A stretch of 55,751 bases of DNA, taken from the NCBI GenBank assembly GCA_945860945.1, contig CAMASG010000005.1:1-55751 (forward strand), given 5' to 3'. Origin of the DNA: Akkermansia muciniphila (GTDB taxonomy: Bacteria; Verrucomicrobiota; Verrucomicrobiia; Limisphaerales; SIAT01). The notes below the pieces were generated by a model that did no database searches, was not told the origin of the DNA, and was given only the letters and a program-made list of their open reading frames with translations. Position 1 is the first letter of the stretch; each line of letters opens with the position of its first letter. Below, one piece after another: positions 1 to 9,432 of this stretch. The position numbers were made by a program, and so were the translations under genes.

Positions 1-389
1 TAGGCGGTGAGCGTGGCGGGGCGGCACCCTTCGCTGCGTTTCTCCGCGAGGAACTCCTCAACCAACACCGGGCTGGCCGGCATCGGATGCGAGGCTGTGG
101 AAACATCTCGCTGTTTAACGAACGCCTCGGCGGCGTCCATCAAGCGGAACCCCTCGCGTCGGCTGAATTCAAGCGCGGCCACGATGTCCGCCATCTGCGA
201 CGAGGTGGCCTGCGCGATCTCGGGAGGGAGTCCGCGAGCGCGCAGTTTTTCATGTTCACGGAAAAATCGCTCGGCATCCGCGCGCGATTTGAACCGGCGC
301 TGCACCGGTCCCTTTTTGGCGGGGGAATAAAAAACGAGAAGCCACCGCTCGACCGCCCGTACGCCTGTTTTGATCAGGGTGATTTTCAT
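1..389 (-). CDS. Probable tyrosine recombinase/integrase, N-terminal part (runs off the left edge)
   Basis: Manually translated open frame from ATG at 389 to the edge: MKITLIKTGVRAVERWLLVFYSPAKKGPVQRRFKSRADAERF...VEEFLAEKRSEGCRPATLTA. Resembles arm-binding plus core-binding regions of integrases and starts ~160 bp from a tRNA 3' end. Catalytic domain is not visible. Confidence 0.65.
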   Translation of the reverse strand, partial: MKITLIKTGVRAVERWLLVFYSPAKKGPVQRRFKSRADAERFFREHEKLRARGLPPEIAQATSSQMADIVAALEFSRREGFRLMDAAEAFVKQRDVSTASHPMPASPVLVEEFLAEKRSEGCRPATLTA

Positions 390-550
390 CTGACGCAAAA
401 AGTTAAACTATTTATGAACTACTTCAAGGGGCATTCGGCGACATTGAGAGACAAGGGTGGAAAAGCGGCTTGCGAAAAGCCCAGACTTTGAAAAAGCTGT
501 TTTGCTCAATAAAACCAATGGTTTATCGGCGTTTTGTGGAGGTGGAGAAG

Positions 551-627
551 TGGTGCATCCGCATGGAGTTGAACCATGAACCTTCTGATCCGTAGTCAGA
601 TGCTCTATCCAATTGAGCTACGGATGC
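551..627 (-). tRNA. tRNA-Arg (anticodon ACG)
   Basis: Reverse complement GCATCCGTAGCTCAATTGGATAGAGCATCTGACTACGGATCAGAAGGTTCATGGTTCAACTCCATGCGGATGCACCA, 77 nt, folds as a cloverleaf with ACG anticodon and encoded CCA. Confidence 0.97.
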
Positions 628-728
628 AACCCAGACGGATTTTTTCGCACGACTCGCGCCTTGCGGCAAGCGCAAACTACGAGTGAGGGTGCCCGCGGCC
701 ATCGCGGCGCGGGCGTTAGTTGAGCCGC

Positions 729-1619
729 TTACTTCGCGAACCCTTGAACCTTCAGCCAGCCGGCGAGCGCGCTCGTCCACGGGTGCAGTTGCGCCGTCTT
801 CTCCGGCGTGAAATCGCGCAGGCCGAGGCCGAGACCGTGCCCGCCCTTTTCGTACACGTGGAAGTCGAACCGCACGTTGTTGGCTTGCAGAGCGGAGACG
901 AACCCGAGCGCGTTCTCGATCTTCACTCCCTTATCTTCCCACGTGTGCCAGACGAAACAGGGCGGGGTTTCCTTCGTCACCTGTAGTTCGCTGGAGAGGA
1001 GCTTCACGAGCTCGGCCGACGGCTCTTTGCCGAGCAGGTTGTTCTTCGAGCCTTGATGCGTCACCGCTCCCATCGAGATGACGGGGTAGCAGAGGATGCC
1101 CAAGTCGGGCCGTGAACCGGCGCGCTCGATCGGGTCGGCGGCGTCGGGCTTGCCGGCGTCGAAGTGCGTGACCGCCGTGGAGGCGAGGTGGCCGCCGGCC
1201 GAGCTGCCCATCACTCCGATGCGTTTCGGGTCGAGCTTCCAATCGGTAGAATTCGCGCGCACGGTGCGGATGGCGCGGTTCACGTCGTTGAGCATGGCGG
1301 GGTGACGATAGCCTGCCGAGCCGAGCCGGTACTTGAGCACGAAAGCCGCGATGCCGTGGTGATTGAGGAAAAGCGCGTAATCCTTGCCCTCGTGTTGCGC
1401 CAATCCGCCGTAGCCGCCGCCGGGACAGATGACGACAGCCGCACCCGTGGCTTTCGTCGGATCGGGCCAGAACGGCGTGAGCGTCGGAATGTCCTTCACC
1501 GGATCGGCGCCCAGTGCGCCGGGCGTGCCCTTCGGCCAGAGCGGGAAGGATTCCTTGGGCTGCGCCAAGGCGATGGAGACGAAAGCGAACAGGACGGCGG
1601 TTGCGGTGCGGAGAATCAT
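729..1619 (-). CDS. Secreted alpha/beta hydrolase (acetyl esterase/lipase-like)
   Basis: Signal peptide, PGGGY oxyanion motif, GSSAGG nucleophile elbow, late Asp and GGHG His. Confidence 0.88.
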   Translation of the reverse strand: MILRTATAVLFAFVSIALAQPKESFPLWPKGTPGALGADPVKDIPTLTPFWPDPTKATGAAVVICPGGGYGGLAQHEGKDYALFLNHHGIAAFVLKYRLGSAGYRHPAMLNDVNRAIRTVRANSTDWKLDPKRIGVMGSSAGGHLASTAVTHFDAGKPDAADPIERAGSRPDLGILCYPVISMGAVTHQGSKNNLLGKEPSAELVKLLSSELQVTKETPPCFVWHTWEDKGVKIENALGFVSALQANNVRFDFHVYEKGGHGLGLGLRDFTPEKTAQLHPWTSALAGWLKVQGFAK

Positions 1620-1692
1620 AGCGATGCGTTTATAGCCGAGCCGCGCGACCGTTCCACTCTTTTTTCCGAAGGGCAGGCGACGAAGGCCGCAC

Positions 1693-2286
1693 TTACAATG
1701 CGAGCCGCACGAAACGCTCCTGCAACTGCTGCTGCCAGCGCGTGAGATAACTCAAGCGGTGGAAGATTTGTTCGAGTCGATCGAGCGGACGCGCGCCGGT
1801 CTGCCACTCGGCGTCCATCGCCCGTAACGTGACGTCGGCTTCCTCGCGCTGGCCGCCAATCTTTTTCTGAAGCGCAGCGATGCGATCGCTCCAGTCGGCG
1901 GCCTGTTGGAAAAGTTGAGCTTTCAGCAAGGACGAAGAGGCGCGGTCTTTCTCGGCGAGAAAGGTGTCCACGCTGCGACAGAGTTGGCCGATCTCGAGAA
2001 ATAAATCAGCCGTGCCGGGCAGAATAGCGTGAACCTCGGCGGGCTTGGCGCCGCGCTCGAGCGTGAGTAGATGTTGGAGGCGCTCTTTCGGTTCGCGCAG
2101 ACAATTGTAAGCGGCGTTGAGTGATTGGAAACGGGTGTTCGCGGCCTGTTTCTCCGTATCGCTCGCGTTGTGGAAACGGTCGGGATGCGTCGTGGACGAG
2201 AGGGTGAGAAACTTGGTCTTGAGCACCTCGGCGTCCAGCCACGGCCTGCGAGGTTCGTCGAACAGGGCGAAGTGGTCCGGAACCAC
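1693..2286 (-). CDS. hscB: Fe-S assembly co-chaperone HscB-like J-domain protein
   Basis: DHFALF start, HPD motif (THPDRF), LNAAYNCL; follows iscA. Start moved to GTG 2286, just after the iscA stop. Confidence 0.8.
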   Translation of the reverse strand: MVPDHFALFDEPRRPWLDAEVLKTKFLTLSSTTHPDRFHNASDTEKQAANTRFQSLNAAYNCLREPKERLQHLLTLERGAKPAEVHAILPGTADLFLEIGQLCRSVDTFLAEKDRASSSLLKAQLFQQAADWSDRIAALQKKIGGQREEADVTLRAMDAEWQTGARPLDRLEQIFHRLSYLTRWQQQLQERFVRLAL

Positions 2287-2288
2287 GC

Positions 2289-2681
2289 TCACGCGCTGAA
2301 GCTCTCGCCGCAGGAGCAACTCGTGGCGGCGTTCGGGTTCTTCACTTTGAAACCGCCGTCGGTCAGCGCCTCCACGTAGTCGAGCTCGCTGCCGGTCACG
2401 TAAAGCGCGCTTTTCGGATCCACCACCACGCGAACGCCGGCGCTTTCGACGAGGAAATCGCGCGCCGCCGGGCTGTCCTGCAAATCCATCTTGTATTGCA
2501 GACCGGAGCAGCCGCCGCCGATCACTGCCACGCGCAGCACGCCGGCGGGCCGGCCCTGCTTGGTGAGCAGCGCGGTGACTTTGCGCGCGGCGTTGGCGGT
2601 GAGCTTCACGAGACGCTCATCGCCCACGCGAAAACTTGGCGTCGTCGCGACCGCTGATTTGATTCCCGTTCCTGCAATCAT
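2289..2681 (-). CDS. iscA: IscA/HesB family Fe-S cluster assembly accessory protein
   Basis: GGCSGLQY and C-terminal CSCGESF motifs. Confidence 0.93.
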   Translation of the reverse strand: MIAGTGIKSAVATTPSFRVGDERLVKLTANAARKVTALLTKQGRPAGVLRVAVIGGGCSGLQYKMDLQDSPAARDFLVESAGVRVVVDPKSALYVTGSELDYVEALTDGGFKVKNPNAATSCSCGESFSA

Positions 2682-2749
2682 TCCAATGCGAAGCTATCGC
2701 CGTGCGGGACGAGCGTCAATGGCGGCCTCGGCCCACGATTCTTCTCCGT

Positions 2750-3964
2750 TCAACGCAGTTGGCGCAACTGACGTCGCGCGAGGTAAGTGTCGAGCCGCGA
2801 GAGAAGGAAACGCGCCCAATACGATTTGATTCGTTCCCAGAAAGTCCATTCGCGCCGCCACGCTTCGAGCCGCACGGCGCGGCTGTGAGGGAGCATCTCC
2901 TCGAAGATTTCACGCGCCTCGGCCGCGAGCGCGGCGTGCGGCAGGCGCAGCAGCAACTCGTAGTTGATGCGCAGACCGCGTTGATCGAGGTTCGCCGATC
3001 CGGCGTACGCGATGCGGTCCACCACGATGAGTTTCGTGTGGAGAATCTGCGGTTGATATTCGTGAATCTCCACGCCCGAGCGGAGCAACAGCGAGTAGAA
3101 AGCGCGGCCGGCGAGTTGGCTTACGGCGACATCGGTCTTGCCCGGTAGAAGGAGACGAACACGTCCGCCTGCACGCGCCACGCGGGCCAGCGCGCGGGCG
3201 AGTCGCCACGTGGGCAGGAAATAAGCGGTAGCGATGTCCACTTGTCGCGCGTGCGCGAGGTCGTTGAGCAACGTGTTGATAATCGGGTTGTGCCGCGGGC
3301 CGGGAGCTTCGGATAGAATCGTAGCTTCGGACGAATGGACAGTCTCGTCGCGCGTGCGTTGCCTCCACCAACGCGCGAGACGCGGATGCTCGTGGTCAGC
3401 GCGCGCGAACATTGTGTCGAAGGTTTTCGCCAGTATCGCGGCGAGTGGCCCGGTCGCGCGCAGTCCGAGGTCACGCCACCCGTTCGCCACGCCGTCCCCG
3501 TCGTATTCCGCGCTGATGTTGAATCCGCCGACGAACGCGGTTGTCTCGTCGCACACGAGTAGTTTGCGATGATCGCGAAAAATCGCGTGCTCGAGCATCA
3601 GCGGATTGAACGAACGGAACTCGCCTCCGGCGCGTGTGAGCGGCGCCCAGTAATCCTCGGGCAATTCGTGCGAACCCCACGCATCGAGCAGCACTTGCAC
3701 GCAGACACCGCGAGCACGCGCTTCGGTCAATGCGTCACGGAAAGCGTCGCCCGGCGTGCCGGCGCGGAAGATGTACATTTCCAACCGCACCGATTGACGT
3801 GCGGCGCGGATGGCTTCAAGCATCGCAGCCAGTCCCGCCGCGCCAGTGCGCAGCCAGTCAAAACGGGTTGGAGTCTCCTGAAGCACACCGGACGTTAGCG
3901 CAGCGGTCGGCTGTTTGGCAAACCTGCCGAAAAATCGTTCCAACCGCACCGCTGCTTCTGGCAT
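2750..3964 (-). CDS. cls: Phospholipase D family protein, cardiolipin synthase ClsB-like (true start may be GTG at 3886)
   Basis: Two HKD motifs (HRKLLVCD, HTKLIVVD) with GGFN and GSAN. Confidence 0.88.
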   Translation of the reverse strand: MPEAAVRLERFFGRFAKQPTAALTSGVLQETPTRFDWLRTGAAGLAAMLEAIRAARQSVRLEMYIFRAGTPGDAFRDALTEARARGVCVQVLLDAWGSHELPEDYWAPLTRAGGEFRSFNPLMLEHAIFRDHRKLLVCDETTAFVGGFNISAEYDGDGVANGWRDLGLRATGPLAAILAKTFDTMFARADHEHPRLARWWRQRTRDETVHSSEATILSEAPGPRHNPIINTLLNDLAHARQVDIATAYFLPTWRLARALARVARAGGRVRLLLPGKTDVAVSQLAGRAFYSLLLRSGVEIHEYQPQILHTKLIVVDRIAYAGSANLDQRGLRINYELLLRLPHAALAAEAREIFEEMLPHSRAVRLEAWRREWTFWERIKSYWARFLLSRLDTYLARRQLRQLR

Positions 3965-3973
3965 ATTGGCGGC

Positions 3974-6031
3974 GTGAAGCGCTTGTTAACTCTGCTCCTG
4001 CCATTCCTGCTCGCGGTTTCATCCGCCTTCGGTCAACTCATTCCGGGCAAGACCAAAGTGAGCCTGCTGCTCGATAACGAGCAAGCGCGCGCCGGTACGA
4101 CCATCACCGCCGCCGTGCGATTGCAGATGCCGCGCGGTTGGCACACCTACTGGCGAAACCCCGGCGAGTCGGGCGACCCGACGAAAATTAAATGGACGCT
4201 GCCTGCGGGCGTGACCGCCGGCACTATTCAATGGCCGGTGCCGGAGAAGATGTTCGCGCAGGAAATCTACACATACGGATATCACGGCGAAGCGCTGCTG
4301 CTCGTGCCACTGACGTTGGCGGCCGATTTGAAGCCCGGCCCGCTCATTCTCAAAGCGAAGGTGAGTTGGCTCGAATGCGAGGAGTTGTGCGTGCTCGGTG
4401 ACGCCGAAGTGAGCGCGTCGCTCGTCGTCGGCGCGGAGACAAAGCCGTCGCAAGACGCCGCCGCGATTGAAGCGGCGCGCAAGAAATTGCCCGGCGCACG
4501 CATTAATTACACCGCCGCGTGGGATGGTCCCGCCGCGGGCGATAAGCGTCCGCTGCTGATCGAGTTCGCCGCCAAAGAATCAGCCCGCCAGTTCGATTTT
4601 TTCCCACAGCTTGGCGACGGTTGGTCGGTCGAAGCGAAGACCGAGGCGAGCGCGGCTGACGGCAAAGTGCTTCTGCGCAAGTTCGTGAAAAAGACTGGAG
4701 CCACGTGGCCGACGCAGATTGAGGGTCTCATCGTCGAACACGACAAAGAGCAATTCATCGCGGCCAATGAAGCGTTGGTGGAAATCGCGGAGAAGCCGTC
4801 CGCAGCCCCGCCCGTCGCGGGTTCACTGCTCATCCAGATGCTGCTGTTCGCTTTTCTCGGCGGCCTCATCCTGAACGTAATGCCGTGTGTGTTGCCGGTG
4901 ATTGCACTGAAGATCCTCGGTTTCGTTCAGCAGGGCAAAGGCGAGACGGGCGCGGTGCGCAAGCTCGGCGTGGCGTACACGATGGGTGTCCTCTTCTCGT
5001 TTCTAATTCTCGCGGGCGTGGTGATCGGTGTGCAGCGCGCGGGCGGCGCGGCGACGTGGGGGATGCAGTTCGCTGATCCGCATTATCTTCTCGTGCTGCT
5101 GGTGATCATGACGTTGGTGACGCTGAACCTGTTCGGCGTGTTCGAGGTCATGCTCGGCGGTTCGACGATGACGGCGGCGAGCGAGTTGGCGTCGCGGCAG
5201 GGAATCTCCGGCGCGTTCTTCAACGGCATTCTCGCCACCGCGTTGGCCACGCCGTGCACCGCGCCGATTCTCGCCGAGGCGCTCGGGTTTGCTTTCAGTC
5301 AACCGCCGCTGATTGTGGTGTGGATGTTTCTCGCCATCGGACTTGGTCTCGCTTCGCCGTATCTCGTACTTAGCTTTCAGCCGGACTGGCTGAAATTCTT
5401 GCCCAAACCGGGCGCGTGGATGGAGCGGTTCAAAGTCGCGATGGGTTTCCCGATGCTCGCGACGGTGTTCTGGATTCTGTCGGTCACAGCGTCGCACTTC
5501 GGGAAGCGCGGCACATTGTGGCTCGGCATTTTCGTCACGTTCGTCGCGTTGGCGGCGTGGGTGTGGGGCGAGTTTGTTCAACGTGGCACGGCCCGGCGCG
5601 GTCTGGCGAAGGTCGTCTGTCTGCTGCTGTTCGCGGTCGGCTGCGGTTACAGCTACACGCAACTCACGGGTCGCGACGAGATTCCGTGGAAGCCGTGGAG
5701 CACGGCGGCGGTGGCGCAGGCGCGCGCCGAGAAACGCGTGGTGTTGGTGGATTTCACGGCCGATTGGTGTCTCACTTGCAAAGCGAATAAACGGACGAGC
5801 ATCGAGGTTTCCTCCGTGCGCGCGAAGTTGAAAGAGGTCAACGCTGTCGCCTTGCTCGCCGATAACACGCAGAGCCCGCCGGAGATTGCCGCGGAGCTGA
5901 AGCGTCACGAGCGCGCGGGTGTGCCGCTGGTTTTGATTTATCCGAAGGACGGCACGTCGCCGCCGTTTGTGCTGCCGACGTTGCTCACGCCGGGCACCGT
6001 GCTTGAAGCGTTGGAGAAGGCGGCGAAATAG
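3974..6031 (+). CDS. dsbD: Thiol:disulfide interchange protein, DsbD-like
   Basis: GWHTYWRNPG and CEELC N-terminal domain; MPCVLP and TPCTAP membrane Cys motifs; C-terminal WCLTC thioredoxin domain. Confidence 0.9.
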   Translation: MKRLLTLLLPFLLAVSSAFGQLIPGKTKVSLLLDNEQARAGTTITAAVRLQMPRGWHTYWRNPGESGDPTKIKWTLPAGVTAGTIQWPVPEKMFAQEIYTYGYHGEALLLVPLTLAADLKPGPLILKAKVSWLECEELCVLGDAEVSASLVVGAETKPSQDAAAIEAARKKLPGARINYTAAWDGPAAGDKRPLLIEFAAKESARQFDFFPQLGDGWSVEAKTEASAADGKVLLRKFVKKTGATWPTQIEGLIVEHDKEQFIAANEALVEIAEKPSAAPPVAGSLLIQMLLFAFLGGLILNVMPCVLPVIALKILGFVQQGKGETGAVRKLGVAYTMGVLFSFLILAGVVIGVQRAGGAATWGMQFADPHYLLVLLVIMTLVTLNLFGVFEVMLGGSTMTAASELASRQGISGAFFNGILATALATPCTAPILAEALGFAFSQPPLIVVWMFLAIGLGLASPYLVLSFQPDWLKFLPKPGAWMERFKVAMGFPMLATVFWILSVTASHFGKRGTLWLGIFVTFVALAAWVWGEFVQRGTARRGLAKVVCLLLFAVGCGYSYTQLTGRDEIPWKPWSTAAVAQARAEKRVVLVDFTADWCLTCKANKRTSIEVSSVRAKLKEVNAVALLADNTQSPPEIAAELKRHERAGVPLVLIYPKDGTSPPFVLPTLLTPGTVLEALEKAAK

Positions 6032-6098
6032 TCTGAAGGACGAACGTCATTCGAAGCTGGACGCTTTTGGAACGTCCCGTTAGAACGTCCGCGCATTT

Positions 6099-6599
6099 AT
6101 GAGCACAAAACAACCGTTGGTCGGAATCATCATGGGCAGCCACTCCGATTGGGAGGTGATGCAGCACGCGTCCGAGCAACTCAAGGCGCTCGGCGTGCCG
6201 CACGAGGCGAAGGCGATCTCGGCGCATCGCACGCCGGAACTGCTGCGTGACTACGCGGTCGGCGCAGCGGGGCGGGGGCTTGAAATCATCATCGCGGCGG
6301 CCGGCGGCGCGGCGCATCTGGCGGGTGTGACGGCGGCGTTCACCGCGCTGCCTGTGCTGGGAGTGCCGATGGAATCGCCCGCGCTGAAGGGGATGGATTC
6401 GCTGCTCTCGATGGTGCAGATGCCGGCGGGCGTGCCGGTGGGGACGTTGGCCATCGGCAAGGCCGGCGCTCGCAACGCGGCGTTGCTGGCCGTGGCCATC
6501 CTCGGCAATAAATATCCGCAATACCGCGCGGCGTATGAAGGTTTCCGCGCGGAGCAGACGGCGCTCGGGGTGGCCAAGCAAGATATCGCCACGAGCTAG
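6099..6599 (+). CDS. purE: N5-CAIR mutase PurE
   Basis: [29 protein letters not shown]. Confidence 0.97.
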   Translation: MSTKQPLVGIIMGSHSDWEVMQHASEQLKALGVPHEAKAISAHRTPELLRDYAVGAAGRGLEIIIAAAGGAAHLAGVTAAFTALPVLGVPMESPALKGMDSLLSMVQMPAGVPVGTLAIGKAGARNAALLAVAILGNKYPQYRAAYEGFRAEQTALGVAKQDIATS

Positions 6600-6613
6600 C
6601 GCGCAGAAAGCGC

Positions 6614-6641
6614 TTGCGCGAGCGGGGCCGATTGTTACAGT
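6614..6641 (+). promoter_or_regulatory. Putative sigma70 promoter for the prs operon
   Basis: TTGCGC, 16 nt spacer, extended -10 TGtTACAGT. Confidence 0.45.
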
Positions 6642-6656
6642 TCCGCCTCTTTTTAT

Positions 6657-6697
6657 GGCCGTTGGGATGTGATGAACGCGTCTGCAGCGGCCTTTTT
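6657..6697 (+). terminator. Hairpin plus U-tract between purE and prs (terminator or attenuator)
   Basis: GGCCGTTG-GGATGTG / CGCGTCT-G-CAGCGGCC stem followed by TTTTT. Confidence 0.5.
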
Positions 6698-6719
6698 ATC
6701 CGTAAGACAAATTGGAACG

Positions 6720-7664
6720 ATGAAAATTTTCTCCGGTACATCGAACCGTCCGTTGGCCGAGGCGATCTGCAAGAATATTGGCATGGAGTTGGGCAAATGT
6801 ACGTTGGCTGCATTCCCTGACGGCGAGACGTTCGTGAAGATCGAGGAGAACGTCCGCGGCGAGGATGTGTACGTGATTCAGTCCACCTGCCCGCCGACGA
6901 ACCACAATTTAATGGAGCTGTTCATCATGATGGACGCGCTCCGGCGGGCCAGTGCTTCGCGCATCACCGCGGTGCTGCCCTTTTACGGTTACGCTCGGCA
7001 GGATCGCAAAGACCAACCGCGCGTGCCCATCACCGCGAAGTTGGTGGCCAACCTGCTCGTCGCCGCCGGCACGAACCGCGTGCTCACGATGGATTTGCAC
7101 GCGCAGCAGATCCAAGGTTTCTTCGACATCCCCGTGGACCATCTTTATGCCGCGCCGGTGATGTACAAGTATCTCAAAGAAAAAAACCTGCCGGACCTCG
7201 TGGTGGTCAGCCCTGACGTGGGTGGCATCAAGATGGCGCACGCGTATTCGCAGATGCTCGAGGCGGGCCTCGCCATCGTGGCCAAGCGCCGCAAGAGCGC
7301 GACGGAGATCGAGGCGATGACGGTCATCGGCGAGATCCGCGGCAAGACGGTGCTGCTGGTGGATGATTTGACGGAGACGGCCGGCACGCTCACCGCCGCG
7401 GCGAAGTTGCTCAAGCGCAAAGGCGCCCGTTCCATCATCGCCTGCGTCTCCCACGCGTTGCTGAATGAGATGGGGATTGAGCGCCTCCGCAAATCAGCTA
7501 TTGACGAACTTGTCACAACAGATACTATCCTCCGCCCTGCGATAGCTGGGGTGAATATCACCACGCTGTCGGTCGCAGGTTTGTTAGGTGAGGCCATTAA
7601 ACGGATTCACAGTAATTCGTCGGTGACCTCGTTGTTTGAGTTTAAGGGCGGACGGACGAGTTGA
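6720..7664 (+). CDS. prs: Ribose-phosphate pyrophosphokinase
   Basis: MKIFSGTSN, FPDGE, YARQDRK, DLHA, VDDLTETAGT. In-frame upstream starts at 6669 and 6672 are possible. Confidence 0.97.
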   Translation: MKIFSGTSNRPLAEAICKNIGMELGKCTLAAFPDGETFVKIEENVRGEDVYVIQSTCPPTNHNLMELFIMMDALRRASASRITAVLPFYGYARQDRKDQPRVPITAKLVANLLVAAGTNRVLTMDLHAQQIQGFFDIPVDHLYAAPVMYKYLKEKNLPDLVVVSPDVGGIKMAHAYSQMLEAGLAIVAKRRKSATEIEAMTVIGEIRGKTVLLVDDLTETAGTLTAAAKLLKRKGARSIIACVSHALLNEMGIERLRKSAIDELVTTDTILRPAIAGVNITTLSVAGLLGEAIKRIHSNSSVTSLFEFKGGRTS

Positions 7665-7702
7665 CCTGGAGGTCGGCGCGCCGGACGAAGTAAGAACTGA
7701 AT

Positions 7703-8449
7703 ATGAAATCGGTAGCATTGACCGCGCATCCGCGCACAGTCGCGAAGCGCAACAAAGTGAAGAAACTCCGCGCTAGCGGACGTATCCCGGCCGTTATCTA
7801 CGGTCGCCACAACAAACCCGAGAGCCTCGAGTTGATTGCGAAGGAGTTCAAGAATCTCCTCCATCAGGCCCACTCCGAGCATTTGCTCATCGATCTCACT
7901 GTGGCCGGCAGCGCCAAGCGTCTCGCCCTGCTGCAAGAGGTCCAGCACCACGCGCTCAGCCGCCAGGTGCTCCATGTAGATTTTCACGAGGTGAAAGAGA
8001 ACGAGAAGGTCATCATCACCGTCGAGACTGAAGCCATCGGCGTGTCCGTCGGCGTCAAGGCTGGCGGCGGTGTTCTCGAGCACGTGCTTCATCGCGTCAA
8101 GGTTCGTGCTTTGCCGAAGGATCTCCCCGAGGTCGTCGAGATTGATGTCACCGCGCTCGAGATTGGCAAGGCCATCCACATCGGCGAGATCAAGGCGCCC
8201 CCGGGCGTCGAGATTCTGGGCGACAAGGGACTTCCTGTTTTTTCCGTCGCCGCGCCGTTGACCGAAGAGCAGGCGACCGCCGCCGCCGCCGCCGTGACCG
8301 CTGCCGATGCTGCGAAGCAGCCCGAGATGACCAAGGAAAAGAAGGTGGAGGGCGCTGCCGCTGCCGCTGCTGTTCCTGCGAAAGGTGGAGCTGCCAAGGC
8401 TGGAGCTGCGAAGCCCGAGGAGAAGAAGCCGGCCGAGAAGAAGAAGTAA
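7703..8449 (+). CDS. rplY: 50S ribosomal protein bL25 (Ctc, long form)
   Basis: GRIPAVIYG, HVDF, Ctc C-terminal domain and Ala/Lys tail; prs-rplY-pth order. Confidence 0.96.
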   Translation: MKSVALTAHPRTVAKRNKVKKLRASGRIPAVIYGRHNKPESLELIAKEFKNLLHQAHSEHLLIDLTVAGSAKRLALLQEVQHHALSRQVLHVDFHEVKENEKVIITVETEAIGVSVGVKAGGGVLEHVLHRVKVRALPKDLPEVVEIDVTALEIGKAIHIGEIKAPPGVEILGDKGLPVFSVAAPLTEEQATAAAAAVTAADAAKQPEMTKEKKVEGAAAAAAVPAKGGAAKAGAAKPEEKKPAEKKK

Positions 8450-8500
8450 CGTTTTACGCCGCGCCCGTCGGCCAGCGGGGCGAGGAAATCTGGTCCGGCA

Positions 8501-9094
8501 ATGGAGAATTTGCATCTCATCGTCGGGCTGGGAAATCCGGGCAAAGAATATGCCCGCACGCGGCACAACGCTGGGTTTCTGGCGGTGGAGCAGTTGGCCG
8601 AGCGCTGGAAGTCCGGCTGGGAACTGGAGAAGAAGTTCCAGTCCCGGCTCGCAAAAGGCGAGCACTCGGGGAAACGCGTGGTGCTTTGCGAGCCGCAGAC
8701 GTTCATGAATTTGAGCGGCGAGGCGGTCGGTGCGTTAATGGATTACTACCGAGTGGCGGTTGCTCGGTTGCTGGTGGTGGTGGATGATGCGGATTTGCCG
8801 TTGGGCGAGTTGCGGTTGCGGCCGCAAGGCAGCAGCGGCGGTCACCACGGGCTCGAGTCGATCGAGCAGCATCTCGCCAGCCGTGAGTATGCGCGGTTGC
8901 GGATCGGGATCGGGCGGCGCGAGGGCGCGCGGCAGATCACCGGCCACGTGCTCGGCGCATTCAGCCGGGACGAGTGGGAAGTGATGGAGAAAGTTTTGTG
9001 CCGTGCGGCCGACCAGATGGAATGCTGGCTGGCCGAGGGCGTCGGGAAGGCAATGAACAAGTTTAACGGGGCGGTTGACCGTCCCGAGAAGTGA
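8501..9094 (+). CDS. pth: Peptidyl-tRNA hydrolase
   Basis: GLGNPG, TRHNAGF, PQTFMNLSG, GGHHGL, RLRIGIG. Confidence 0.97.
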   Translation: MENLHLIVGLGNPGKEYARTRHNAGFLAVEQLAERWKSGWELEKKFQSRLAKGEHSGKRVVLCEPQTFMNLSGEAVGALMDYYRVAVARLLVVVDDADLPLGELRLRPQGSSGGHHGLESIEQHLASREYARLRIGIGRREGARQITGHVLGAFSRDEWEVMEKVLCRAADQMECWLAEGVGKAMNKFNGAVDRPEK

Positions 9095-9102
9095 GAGCGA
9101 CA

Positions 9103-9420
9103 ATGAAAAAGTACGAAGGTCTGTTTATCCTGAACACTGCCGGCCGTGAGGAAGGCGTGAAAGAGGCCATTGATAAGGTCTCGAAGGAAATCACCAACGC
9201 CGGCGGCAAGATTGAAGCGGTCCAGAAGATGGACAAGCGCGCTTTCTCCCGCGTGGCCAACAAGAAGCACAGCTCGGGCTTTTACGCGAACATCGTGTTC
9301 GAGGCCCTGCCGTCCGCCATCGCCCCGCTTCGCGCGAAATTCGGGATAACCGAAGAGGTTTTCCGCGTCTCGTTCACCAATGCGCCGGTGATTGCCCCCG
9401 CTATCATCAAGGTGGCGTAA
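9103..9420 (+). CDS. rpsF: 30S ribosomal protein bS6
   Basis: MKKYEGLFIL N-terminus, GFY motif, position between pth and ssb. Confidence 0.9.
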   Translation: MKKYEGLFILNTAGREEGVKEAIDKVSKEITNAGGKIEAVQKMDKRAFSRVANKKHSSGFYANIVFEALPSAIAPLRAKFGITEEVFRVSFTNAPVIAPAIIKVA

Positions 9421-9432
9421 CCAGCTCGCTCC

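Noticed and set aside
7-780. Track ORFs 7..330 (+), 87..491 (+) and 523..780 (-)
   Set aside because: They lie antisense to the integrase-like frame or across the tRNA and show no recognisable motifs.
6042-6089. Three copies of GAACGTC upstream of purE
   Set aside because: Irregular spacing (28 and 13 nt), short, and no match to a purine regulator site that I recognise.
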